64,000 nt of DNA, taken from positions 40,362,001 to 40,426,000 of the forward strand of contig CAIIXF020000001.1 in the NCBI GenBank assembly GCA_903813345.2, read 5' to 3'. The stretch comes from Owenia fusiformis (lineage: Eukaryota). Shown here piece by piece: positions 14,812-26,707 of the stretch. The first letter of the stretch is position 1. Every line of letters begins with the position of its first letter. Both the position numbers and the translations under genes were made by a program. The notes below the pieces were generated by a model. It was not told the origin of the DNA. It did no database searches and saw only the letters and a program-made list of their open reading frames with translations.

Positions 14812-16889
14812 CACGGTCCACATCCCGCTCCGTATGATATGGTCCGTTCGTGTGCTAGAATACGATCCCTTCGTGAGACAAAGAGGCCAAAATTGACAAA
14901 ATGTCAGGAAAAAGAAGGAAACAGAGCGAATTTTGATATTTTTTGAATGGTTAACTATAGGCAACATAATTACCTATGAATTCATGAAGAAAGCAAGAAA
15001 AAAATATTATGGCTTCATAGGTGAAAATAGGTCGAACATAGACTTTTCACGACAGAATACACTTCAATTGCAATAATTCTTTTATATTACCGTATACATA
15101 TCTAATTTCGTGCAATTTATAAAGTACATGCATTAATGCGTGCGACTGATAAACAAACATGACGTAATACATCACAAAAGTACATGAAAATGTGGTTTAA
15201 AACTCGAATAGAAGGATCCGACCCTACCACAGCTAGGATTCGACCAAGTCGTGTGAGGATAATTTGGGGACTCCGACCATGTCCTGTTAATAGTTCCATC
15301 TTTTCGTGTTCTTTGCACGACTAATTAATGCCCCAGTGCTAAGATTGATCTCTGAATGGAAAAGGTTATCTCCAGTCTATTCCCACGATCTCTTTGTTCA
15401 AAAGTAAAATCAAAAACAAATCTTGAAAGTTTAATGACTTCAATACAACTTCTAAACTCAATCTTTCTCGAAAACAAGAAATTACCTTGAACAGAATTAG
15501 ATGCGGACTCTAATTTGAATCACAAAAGATTGCTCATGATTTCCCTAACACAGCTAATTAAATCTAATTGTCTGTGGTAAGAGTACAACTCCTAAACACT
15601 CGATTCTGCAATGTAAGCGCCATTCAACCCAAAGAAAAAACCTTTAAGAAACCCTTGAGCAGCAAAATCTTGAGACCCATCTAATTGAACAAGACAAAAC
15701 TGAATTTTTAATTTTCAAAAACTCATTTTCAATTGAACAGGATTCTCGATTAAAAGGAAGGCTCGTTGATTTTATTCTTAGCTTGGCCTAACCCATTTTA
15801 TTCTGACATACTTTTCACCATTAAGTTAGCACAATTGTATGTATAACTCACTCAATTAATTTGATTTATGTTCATTCCAAAACGCTAGCCTGTAATGCAC
15901 ATTGCGCTAGGCAGCGACCTGTGTAACTTTTTTACTGCAATATAATTTGAAATAAATGTATAATGAACTGAAAAAATCTTTTCGTGTGAAAAAATTCGAC
16001 CAATTCGTGTTTTACGTATACAAAAAATATATTCAAATTGACATGCATATATACGATCATTGTATCATATAATTTATTTTTGTATATGCCATCCGTTTCA
16101 ACATGAACTGGTCTGTTTGGACGACTGGATAATTCATGAGAATAAGTTGGCTTTTGGGGTGTGGATATCGATGGTAGTTCATTTTTATTTTCGTCTAAAT
16201 AAGTGTCTGTTACATTTTGTATCGGCACTTTTAACGACATCTAGAAAAGATAAACAACCATAATTAGCTATTTAATACACTGACTCTAGTGTAATAGATA
16301 TATTAACTTCCATGGATTTAGTATGGTAACTTTAAAATATGTTCATGGTATCTATTGGTTCAAAACACGACAATATGGAGCTCAAAACAAGGTAGGGTCG
16401 GAAATGAAACACGGTAGGATCGTAAGAGAAACGCGCGTGGGTCGGATCCATTCTAAAAATTTAACCTGCAGAGTCGGATCCTCGTCTAATTTGCTTTTGA
16501 CCATTTTAAAATTAGTATATACCAAGAAACATTCAATTGGTGTTATTTCGTCGATCAATATATACAAAGGCTTCATTTGATTTACATAATATACCACAAT
16601 GTAGTATATTTGACACGTAAATGACGATAAGGAAGCAGAAACTCACTCTCTCCGCATGTATGTCGTCACCACAAATAAATCCAATGTTTTTGAGCATTCA
16701 AATACTTAGACAACTTTTTTCAATTTAATATTCATATATTTATCAATTTAAATCGCGCAGTATAAATGTAAACTCAAAGAATACTCTAATAATAAAACTC
16801 ACCTCCGAATTTCCTCCCTATAGAGGCGGTATGGTCGGATCCTGTGCACACGAACGGACCATATCATACGGAGCGGGATGTGGACCGTG
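14812..16889. mobile_element. 2.08-kb non-autonomous DNA transposon with perfect 44-bp CACGG..CCGTG TIRs (CAC-ended, CMC-superfamily-like)
   Basis: CACGGTCCACATCCCGCTCCGTATGATATGGTCCGTTCGTGTGC at 14812 and its exact reverse complement ending at 16889; internal GGATCCGAC motifs in opposite orientations; no transposase ORF. Confidence 0.85.
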
Positions 16890-19074
16890 ATTATTTCGGG
16901 GCCCTTTTGTTATTTAAAAAATTGATCCTTCGAATAAGAAACTAAATCTCCTGATCAGATTCCTATTATGAATTAAAGATTATATGTTATACGAGAGCTG
17001 TACAATAATTATGAGGAAATTATTTTGATTGATTAAGTCGTATTTATCTCATTGACTGATGAAGGAATCGGTACTAGATAAAAACTGCAGATCTGGCATC
17101 TCAATTGAATATTGTCATTTGAAAGGTAAACAATGGTCGTAACTGTACTGAATTGCTTCGTTTTTATTAAATTCATAAATGTCACTCTATATCAATATCA
17201 AATTAAAGATCACGGGTCATTGTCGTTATTGGTCGACAATATACTCCGGTTTCATTTGTAGTTAATCTTAGGCAATTACTGGAAATATGAGTTTTCTACA
17301 GCCGCTAATTGATGGGTAGCCTCGGACTTTATATAATTAATTATACATATTATTTTCTCCATGAACTCAGAAACATAATTATAGCATGATGATATTTACT
17401 TTGGTGCATTTAACTTATGATATCTAAAAGGAAACATCACGTTCCAATTGCTGCTTTCGCGGCATTGGAAGATATAAACTCTGTACGGGAGGCCATGAAT
17501 GTTCATCTGGACCGATATTTCGGATAAAAGTCTTGAGACTCACCGTAGAAATTAAAACAGTTATATCTCCGAGTTATTTCTACGGTGACTCTACGGCCTG
17601 TAAAAAACTAGATAAACAGCACGGAGACCGTAAGACGACCGTAGATTTGCTACGATTGCCGTAGGAATTTGCCAATTTCAGGGAACTACGATCGACGTAC
17701 GTCTGAGTCTTTATTGCACAAACAATTGCTTCTGCTAATCTCCAAACTTCAACTTATTTACAAACTACAGATATTCATTGATTACACCCAACGTTTTATG
17801 TAACCCTTGATATAAACTATATTTACTACATGTATGTAAAATAATTATTGATTCTGATCCTTGGAGAGATAAAGTATAGTTATCAAACTGTTCTTTTGAG
17901 GTTAAATAAGTGATTTATAAAAAAATGAATAAATAATAAAGAAACAAACCATCAGAACAAACTCTTAGACAAAGTATGAACATTACTATATCTTGAAATA
18001 TATCAGTTCTTTGAATTAATAATGACTGTTTCCGGATATAAAGGATATCCCAAAAGTAAATGATGGGAATGTCCAAAAATGAACAGGACTGTGTGGCATT
18101 TCGTTCCTTTATGTTCGTGATCTATAGCAACCAGAATTGTAAAGTTTAAATATATTTCATGAAACGTGATCATTCTAAATGTTCTATTTCCATCGGCCAA
18201 AGCCAGAAATGACGGCAATGACGCCACAAGGGCCGTGTATAGGGAATTGTACGTAGGCTTTTGGTTTATTGCGCATATTCGCCCTTCGCCCAGGATATAT
18301 ATTGGTCTTGTTTTTCAATCATTTTATTTTGCCTAGGGTTTACAGTTCTTACACTATTGGCCCCACTATTATACCCCCTTGGGTCCTACGTGTGAAATTT
18401 TGAGGTGTCATGCAAGAACCCCACACATAATTTTGTCGCCAACTTCTATTTAAGATTTTAGTGCTATCCCATTTATTCATCACCTTATATCTTCATGAAA
18501 TTCAGCATACTTGAACATATTTCCAACACTCATTTAAGAGTTTAATGCTAATATGAACTGAATTTGCAAAATACAAAGTGGAATTTTCATAATAGAATAA
18601 CTTCAAATATTACCAGGTTCAACTACAGAGTAGTAACAGTACATTTACTTCACTAATGTATTATACAACTTGCAAAACTAAAACATTCATGAATACAGTT
18701 AAAAATGCTAAAAAGCCTAATTTGAGACCATTTTGTAAAATGAGATACAATGATAAGAGATACAATGATAAGAATATCACATTTTGTAACTTAGATATAA
18801 ATATTTTTACGATCTCTGTAAATTTCATAGCGTAATAAGATCATTTGGCAATGTTACAGATGTTTTAAAATGGAATGTCGGTGGTACCCGGGGCAGAAAA
18901 CAGGATAACTATACAAACTATGACGTAAAATCTTAAAATTATGTTTGGGGTACTAGTTATAAAAGTCTCTGAGTGTATCTCATGAATGTCCTGACATGTT
19001 GAAATAGAGTGGAGGGAAGAATCTTTTTTTTCTATAAATTATATAATTGAGAAGAGTATGTCTGTTGAGTAAGG

Positions 19075-19420
19075 CTATGTTCTCCAATTCCCTGTAGTTC
19101 TTTGGGCAACATAGAGGGGACAGTCAAGAAAATAATGTAGTGGTGTCCGAGTCTTGCATCGTCGGTTCCCACGCTCAATCACTACGTTCCATCTGCACAT
19201 CTGAGGATAGGTCCGAAGCTTGATGAAGCAAGATGGTCTCTTGTGCGAAACCACAAGCACAATGTTTTAAATCTATGAGGTTGTAGGGGAAACGTTGATA
19301 GTTTAAGGCACTGAGGCCCATTCGGATTCTGATTCCATGATTGATTGGTCTTGTTGTGCGTCGTCTTATAACATGTTTACATTTCTTTCCTTCGTATTTG
19401 GGAGAACATATAATATTTCA
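19075..19420 (-). mobile_element. Decayed LINE 3' fragment (C-terminal CCHC-type motif), interrupted by a short insert
   Basis: RIRMGLSALNYQRFPYNLIDLKHCACGFAQET [insert] PLHYFLDCPLY, the same motif as the LINE at 30387 (CACGHRYETPKHFFLQCPLY). Confidence 0.75.
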
Positions 19421-19852
19421 TTTTACAATACATTTAATATAGATATGGCAGGTTGAATTTCTTTTGAAAAGACCAATTAATACATCATTAGTCTAGATAT
19501 TGTATAAAAAATATGTAAACATTGATAACGTTTAGTCGTTTTGACCGCACGTTAAATTTTACATAAATACGTTATTCGTATATAAGATAAAAAATGCTAC
19601 GTTGATGAATTAAATATGGAAGTTGAAGGAATATTCATTTTTACAGCATGGACAGATATTAATGTGGCATTCATTGATTATCAATTAAATTATTGCTAGA
19701 CCTAGCAATATAATCTTTTGTCCAGTTTACTAAATGAGATGCATTTAACAATTTAATGTGCTTATAAAACATTTTTATTTTCATCTAATGCAAAGACATG
19801 GCATTGTTTTGATCATTTAGCCTTATTCATAATTGTTCATTATTTTATCTCG

Positions 19853-20487
19853 CTAGTGAATAACTTTGGTCTGCTTGTGAATCGTCTTAACGTGCTTGTT
19901 AATTGTAACTGAGTCTAGCCCCATCTTTTTGTAAGCAACTTTGGCAGATTGGACAACGTTAGCCAGGGAAGTGGAATGCATCGTAGAATTCTGCCCAGTG
20001 CAGTCGACATCCCATACAGGCACACGTCCTATGACCGGAACGTTGGTATCACTACAGCAGAGACGATCGCCGGTTATGTCCGGTACAAAAGTGGCCATTT
20101 CCAAATCACAGGCCCCTGCCTGGTAGAATGTATTTATCCGTCTGCCTGGCGGTAAAATTGGATAGAAATGACGCTCGCAGAATAATTGACCCAAGGTTTT
20201 ATCTCGTCCTTCTACGACAACGACGTTAAAGAGCCCTGACCCCCAGAATGCCCTGGCGTCAGACTTGCAGTCACGTGGACATTGTCTCAACAAATCCCAG
20301 CAGGTTTCACATCCTGCAGGTGCTTGTTCCACTCTATTAGGGAAATCATGCAAGACACGACCAAGCTCTTCCTCCCCTGCAGTTTCGTTGTTTTCTATTC
20401 GAAACTTGCAATAACATATCTCGGTGCCGTTCTGGGTCGGTAACGTCGGACTTGGCGTAGTCTTGGGGGCATCTGTCACTTTAGCCG
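19853..20487 (-). CDS. Exon 8: Pro/Thr linker plus Cys-rich domain of unknown family, stop codon
   Basis: ttgcag acceptor in frame with exon 7; ORF 19853..20503; 11 Cys. Confidence 0.85.
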
Positions 20488-23400
20488 CTGCAATTGGAAA
20501 CAATCAATGAACAAGTGTTACAACGCATGATATGAACTGATAAACTGATACATGTATCTCAAGTGTGGCCCCGTCTTACCCATTGGTTCCCTGCTCCAAG
20601 TATTCATTGCTACTTACCTATATTATCCAACGACATTCCAAGGGGATACCCATAACCGTTCGTGGAACAGTGCCCTGATAACATCGCTAAATGTTTCACA
20701 TTCACATCGGTATGTCTGATAGAATTGGTCATAGCACCGGCATTGAAACTGGTGAAGGCGTAATCAGAGCCTGGAACGTCTCTCCAAACAGCGCCAGTTT
20801 CTGTAATGTTTTCACCATTGAATAGCATTCCTACCGTCTTGTCCTTGTTTACTACAACACTAACGTAGTTTGTGTATTCTTTATCGTCGAATGTATCAGG
20901 GGCTTGGAATTGGTCACTCTGCACAAACTGTGAAACGCTAGGGACAATGGACATGAAGGGACCAGAACCACCCTGGTTATTGTCTGCGAGTCGACCTTTG
21001 TTGTATTGTACAACCATGCACCTTCTTGAGCACTTGATGAAGTGAGCAATATCAGATGGGATGTCAAATTCCGCGAAGCCTCCCTGAACTAGCGTCTGTG
21101 TGAAGCCGTTAGGTTGAGAAACAATGGTTCCATCTTCCGCAGCGATTACCCTGATGATGTCGCCCCCGTAGCGCCCCGGTACAGGCACAACCACATGATC
21201 ATAGCCCCAAGTTTGAACTGGAGGAATTTGTTCTTCTAAGTGGCCAAAGTAATTTACATTAGCGGGTACTTGTGTATATTCTGCTCCTGAGAAGACCGCC
21301 ACTGGACGGTTGGAGTATACAATTGTACCTGTGAGATCACTTTCGGCTGCGTAAAGATATGTCTGCAAGTCATTCAATCTCACTTCCAAGGCATTATCGT
21401 AGTCATAGTCCTGACCAACCTTTCTTGCAAACCAAACGGTCGTGTCGTCAGCTGTGGCGACTACAGCAATCGTTGAGTCGTAGATGCTGAATGGAGCATA
21501 ACAGGGCACGATATACTGTGTTCCGAGAAGGGCGTGGGGTAAGGCGAGGAAAGAATCGGCTCCGTCTGTAATCGTATTGAAGCCAGACACGGTGATGTTG
21601 ACATCAGATCTTATACGGATCCCCTTGTTCTCTGTACCATTTATTAATCTTATGAAGTTGGGCATATCTACACGGACAAACGTTTCTGGAATTAACGTAA
21701 AGTTCATCGTATCGCCAGTGAATGGACTGTACACCTCGACGCTAGCAACTGCTTCCGATGTGATAAAAATTTCTGTCTCCCCGGTAGTGGAAAACTCAGG
21801 CTGGGTCAGGAAGGCAATGGAAAATGTTGTCCCTTTGTTGGTATTCCCAACTTCTAAAATATGAATAACAACTCCAATTATAATTTGGCACCGATAAGAA
21901 ACTGCGATCAGAAGCAAAACATGAGTAGCGTTATCATTGGAAAGACGTGGGTCAATCAAATACGTCATTTATTTTAGCCTTTTGGGAACTCAAATGAGAC
22001 TCTATCTTGTAGACGAAGTGGTACCGAGAAAAGCGGATTTTACCGGAGAGTGCTGTTTGATCCCTATACCACCATACAATAAATTACCTGGATTACTGGT
22101 GAAATTCTCTCTCTCACTTTCACCAAATACATTATAGAGAAGCCTGAAGCCAATGAAGTTTGTGTCCCCGTCAGTACTGAAGTGGAGCCTGAATGTGTCT
22201 CCGACCACCTCATCTACAAGATAAAGTTCAAAGCACAAATAAATTATTTTGACCGGAAAGCAAAGCAGTGTACAAGGAAACAAACCCCAGTATCCTAACC
22301 TTTTATAAAACGCTCATAACAATAATTAAAAAGAGACAACGCATACGAGTTTACGTACAAGAAAATAATTATTTCTAAATGAATTAAATAAATGTACTAA
22401 CTTGAGTCAGAATGATGCACATGCCATTTTTCATTCACTCTTTTACTACTAATCTTGTGCATATATTTATTTTATTCCATAATACTACTGTTTTATCCCT
22501 CTTAAAATCATATATACTCGAAAAATCATATTGTCCCTGAAAAAAAATCATATATACTCGAAAAATCATATTGTCCCTATTTTTTCGAAAAAAGGTTCAT
22601 TTTTTCAAAAAAAAATCATTTTTTCTAATTTTTCATTTTTTTCAAAAAATTGTTTTTCCCATTTTTCCAATTTTCGAAAAATTATTTTTTTCAGAAATTT
22701 TCATTTTTTCAAAAAATTGCAATTTTTCAAAGATTTTCATTTATTTCAAATATTTTCATTTTCGAATCATTTTTTCAAACATTTTCATTTTTTCAAAACT
22801 TCATTTTTTTTCAAAAATTTTCATTTTTTTCAAAAATTTTCATTTTTTCAAAAATTTTCATTTTTCCCAGAAAATTCATTTTTTCAATTTTTTCAATATT
22901 TCTTTTTCCTTGAATTCTCAAAAATTAAATGATTGAATAAAATTCATATTGAAAATCAAGCATGAAATAACCTATATGTATCATTTTTATGCGTTCTCTT
23001 TGTATTTGAATACCACAAAAATCTGAGAATTCTCACATATATAGGTTTGTCCGATCTGCATAGCTGATGTGTCAGATCTACCGTTTCCATGGTACCGTTC
23101 ACTTTGAGTTTGGGTATACAAAAAGTCATAATTTCTCTCCGTTCTGAACTCTTCCACAAAAAGCGTTACGAACTCTCCCGGCTTGAGACCCATGATGAGC
23201 ATATCGCAGAGATGAGAGTCGGGGTAGGTGCCAGGATAATTGGTACTTGTAATTACTCCCTCTCGACCTTCGTAATACTTTGGACAATCGTGGGTGTCTG
23301 AAATCAAATGAATTCGACAATCGCCTTATTTCTAAAGAGAGTTGATATTGTTTTCACTGGGCAATGCACAGGATAACTCAACAAAATTCATCGCAATATA

Positions 23401-26237
23401 TTATATAAAACCATAACCCAAGCCAAGCCACATAAATTAAACCCGGCCTATCTCAACTCAAGTCAACAAAGGTAACTCATTCATTTTTGGTCTGATTCGA
23501 CCATATGCGTCATCTATTTATTCAAAAGTGATTTAAAAACATTTCTAGACAACTCGTACACCCCTGTAAAATAAAATAAAATAAAACAGACAAAAAGGCC
23601 AGACACATACTTTGGTGATGTAGTATAGAGTCATTTGAAGGTTGAACTTCCAATGAGTGAAACTTTGACCTCTTTAAAACGCAATTATAAAAAGAACCTC
23701 TCGATCATGATGAATGGTAATATCACACATTACATGTTTTTAAAAAAAAATCAAAGTTGCATATTGTATTTAGATAAAATGCGATCGAATATTTGTTTGC
23801 TCTTTATTTATTTAGTATATAAGCACTGATAAATCTGAAACATAGGATCAAATCCCGGATAAGGACTAATGTCAATCCACATTTTACATCAGCCATTAGC
23901 ATATGTAGCATCGTCATGGTTACTCATCAATATCAAAAGATTAAACCATCACCATAATAGCTCAAGTAAATAAAACTAAAAATTGACTCAATGAGATATT
24001 TTAAGAAAATGAATCGACATGTGAGTCCTACTTGGTCCAAGTTCACAGTTTGGTCCCGAGCTTCCCAGACTACAAAGACAGGTGTAACCAGGCCCAGGTT
24101 CAACAACGTCGTAGCTGTGGCATCGTCCGTTACTGCATGATCTGCCGTCACACTCCTCTGTAAGGACATTTGACATGCAAATCAATAAAAAGTACTCAAG
24201 TCAGATCTTGGATAACATATATCACCCTTCTTGTAAAGGGAGAGTATATGTTTACAAATTAATTGCTGAAAATAGATGAATCGAATAAGAACAAAAAGAC
24301 AATACTGATGTATGCGCTTTCTGATTGATCTGTGACTAGTTACCTGTTTTATTGTTTGAGCCATCCCCCGGTTCTATGAATATCTCCAACGCAAACCCTT
24401 GTGTTGGGGTGGTTGTCCGTGCGTCCAATGCCATAACGAACTCGTCATCGTATGTGCGGACTAAATAGGAGTAAATGAATAAGTTGAGCTACACGTGAGA
24501 AAACTTCCACTCGAAGTATTCTACAGCTCGTTCACAACCAGCTTGAGCCAGCTGATCTAAGCCATAAAGAATATATATATCTGTCAGATCGATCAACTTG
24601 GGCAAGCCACAAACAATGTTAAAAGTTTTGAAATATAGTTTCAAATGTATAGTATCCATACCCTATCTTAATGTGTAACATGATATAGGGTCTATTTCAT
24701 AACCTGGACCATGGCAACCGAATTCAAAACATGTCTGATACTTATCCCGTTCCCGGACTATAGTCCTGCACTGAGCGCATTCATTTGCCTGTACGATTAC
24801 AACTTGGGAGAATTATCTACGCCCCTTACACTTAAGATACCTACCTCAATGCATTATAGAACTCAAGATGTAACTTCTAATATATTGGAACCGCCGATTG
24901 TCTGGGTATATCGGCAGAACGGGAACATTTTCTCTTTTTCATCGAGAGAGATTACATCACTTTTCAAAATGGCGGTTGGATTTAAAAGGGGAATCCCCCG
25001 TTTGGCTGTCCCGGATGTAGCCCGGAAGTACCAATATGGAGGAATTTGACGGTTGAAATAAGTTAAATGTTACACGCAAATATTGCGATCAAAAACGAAA
25101 ATGTCTTCGTTCTGCCGATAAACCCAGACAATTGTGGATTCAACTACACGAAAAGAATGCTAAATTACCAAGGAATCTATTGAAGTAGGTATCTGAAGTG
25201 TAAGATCAGTAAAAGATTCTCCCATGTTGTAATCGCACAGGCAAAAGATTGAGATGTTCACAGGACCATAGTCCGGGAACGGGATAATCTGATACCAGGT
25301 ACATGATAACACTTACATGTGTAAGTCCTGCCAATTTGTAGGGCAGTGGGTTCAGATGAACCGTCCCCGTAGTAGATACGATTATTCAACCGAAACATAT
25401 CCCGACTGAAGCGTTGATTGTAGAGCCTGAAGTTGCTGACGTACATGCGTACAACTTTCTGCGTTCCTCGTGGCTGGGTAAATAAAATCCTGTAGAGACA
25501 TTGGGATTGGGCAGGATAGTTGTTTGGGTAGCCGGGACTCTCGAGTAGTATGATGTCATTGTCGGTGATATTCTGGCTACAAGCAGGAGCTGGAAATCAT
25601 TCGTATCTAGATATTTTAACATTTTTGCACCCATCATGATAACATGCCAATTTCTCCATCCCAAGTTTGGACGATATCAGTGTTTTGGATTGAATAAATC
25701 TTGTGACATCACGTGCTGATGAATAAACTGTTGCAAAATATTTATTCCAGGTGGTATAAACTATCAATTTGCGTCCAACATTTCTTTATGCAAGTTTTCA
25801 CACGGAAACATTTTCGCAGATTTAGAGTAGAATGACCCCCTATTGTTCCAAGACCACGTCTTCACGTAGAGATGAATGTCACATATTATCATCACTGATT
25901 TTTTTACCACTTGCCCAAATGGACGATTTTTGTACACAACAAGCTCCGAATGACAAAATGCTTGTCTCCGTCTCAATAAGCAATGTTATAACCTATTATT
26001 CTACATCAACATAACCAAAAGATGCAAGGAAAATTATTTTATCAATTAAAATAGCACATAGTGTGTAGTATTCGAAAAATAATTTATGAAAAATTTGCAC
26101 GAAACTCAATTGAATCAGATAATGCATCCACAGGTGAATTTTATCTATATTTGAAGAATGTAAAGAAAACATGACTTACCTTGCGATAATGCTAACTGAA
26201 GCGTTGCCAAAGCAACACAAACTGAGAAAAGCATCAT
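19853..26237 (-). CDS. Secreted multidomain protein (~943 aa): signal peptide-CUB-EGF-CUB-IgGFc-binding N-terminal domain-Cys-rich C-terminal domain
   Basis: Exons 26237-26180, 25589-25317, 24460-24344, 24157-24032, 23297-23037, 22213-22088, 21853-20618, 20487-19853 (2832 nt). All 7 introns are GT-AG and phase 1; no internal stops; AATAAA on the minus strand at 19774-19779. Confidence 0.88.
20618..21853 (-). CDS. Exon 7: IgGFc-binding protein (FCGBP-like) N-terminal domain
   Basis: NKGTTFSIAF, KGIRIRSD..ITV, DSFLALP..LGTQY, DLTGTIVYSNRPVAVFSG, HLEEQIPPVQTWG, GPFMSIVPSVSQF and GYGYPLG are characteristic IgGFc_binding motifs; 1236-bp exon, ttttag/gtaagt. Confidence 0.93.
22088..22213 (-). CDS. 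Exon 6: CUB domain 2, C-terminal part
   Basis: GDTFRLHFSTDGDTNFIGFRLLY (CUB F.TD....GF...Y); ttgtag/gtaatt; 126 bp. Confidence 0.88.
22517..22925. repeat. Low-complexity AT-rich degenerate tandem repeat (TTTTCAAAAATTTTCATTT-like) in intron 5
   Basis: ~18-bp units visible directly; produces spurious F/K-rich ORFs. Confidence 0.85.
23037..23297 (-). CDS. Exon 5: CUB domain 2, N-terminal part
   Basis: CPKYYEGREGVITSTNYPGTYPDSHLC..FRTERNYDFL; tttcag/gtgaga. Confidence 0.9.
24032..24157 (-). CDS. Exon 4: EGF-like domain
   Basis: CDGRSCSNGRC..GYTCLCSLGSSGPNCE six-Cys EGF pattern; ttacag/gtagga. Confidence 0.9.
24344..24460 (-). CDS. Exon 3: CUB domain 1, C-terminal part
   Basis: RTYDDEFVMALDARTTTPTQGFALEIF (CUB terminal GF motif); tttag/gtaact; 117 bp. 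Confidence 0.82.
24745..25284. mobile_element. Intronic fold-back MITE, probable TA target duplication
   Basis: TA|TCCCGTTCCCGGACTATAGTCCTG ... CAGGACCATAGTCCGGGAACGGGA|TA; inner arms ttgtctgggtatatcggcagaacg vs cgttctgccgataaacccagacaa. Confidence 0.85.
25317..25589 (-). CDS. Exon 2: CUB domain 1, N-terminal part
   Basis: CSQNITDNDIILLESPGYPNNYPAQSQCLYRI matches the CUB SPGYP..YP....C.Y.I signature; ttccag/gtaagt. Confidence 0.88.
26180..26237 (-). CDS. Exon 1: signal peptide MMLFSVCVALATLQLALSQ
   Basis: Hydrophobic core with an A-L-S type cleavage site, then gtaagt donor, phase 1. Confidence 0.8.
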
Positions 26238-26707
26238 CTTCTAGCTTGAATCAAACAATGTGGAAAAGGATTGACTGATGCCTACGAAGACTTACAGAGT
26301 ATTATCTTCTGGACGGTTATCACAAAGTACGTTTTAGACCTCTTCAAATTTACTAAATTGAACACAATGGGTGCTTTATCTTAAAACACACAAAAAGAGA
26401 TGTGATAACATATACTTTTACAAAGAACGCCCTTCGTAGACAAGGTGAAACATATGATCTCTAAAACACTTTTAACAATGCACAACTCTCGTGACCCGTG
26501 ATCATCATTAGTTCCTCGTCTAGTAATAACTTATTACTGTCATCTACTGATCTAGAGAATTATAGATCTCGAGTGAACCAACCTTGCAACCGTGTTCTGG
26601 AAAGGTTATCAAACGTAGAGAACTAACTCGTATCCACAACTATTTTTGATGTAACACTTTTTTACAGTATTAATTTTCATTTTTAAATTGCTCCTCGAAA
26701 TGTATTT

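Noticed and set aside
21854..21968. N-terminal extension of the 452-aa ORF (MTYLIDP..) as a real start with a signal or TM segment
   Set aside because: It is intron sequence upstream of the ttttag acceptor at 21853; domain homology starts at EVGNTNKG.
22531..22936. F/K-rich ORFs in three plus-strand frames
   Set aside because: Low-complexity intronic repeat, not coding.
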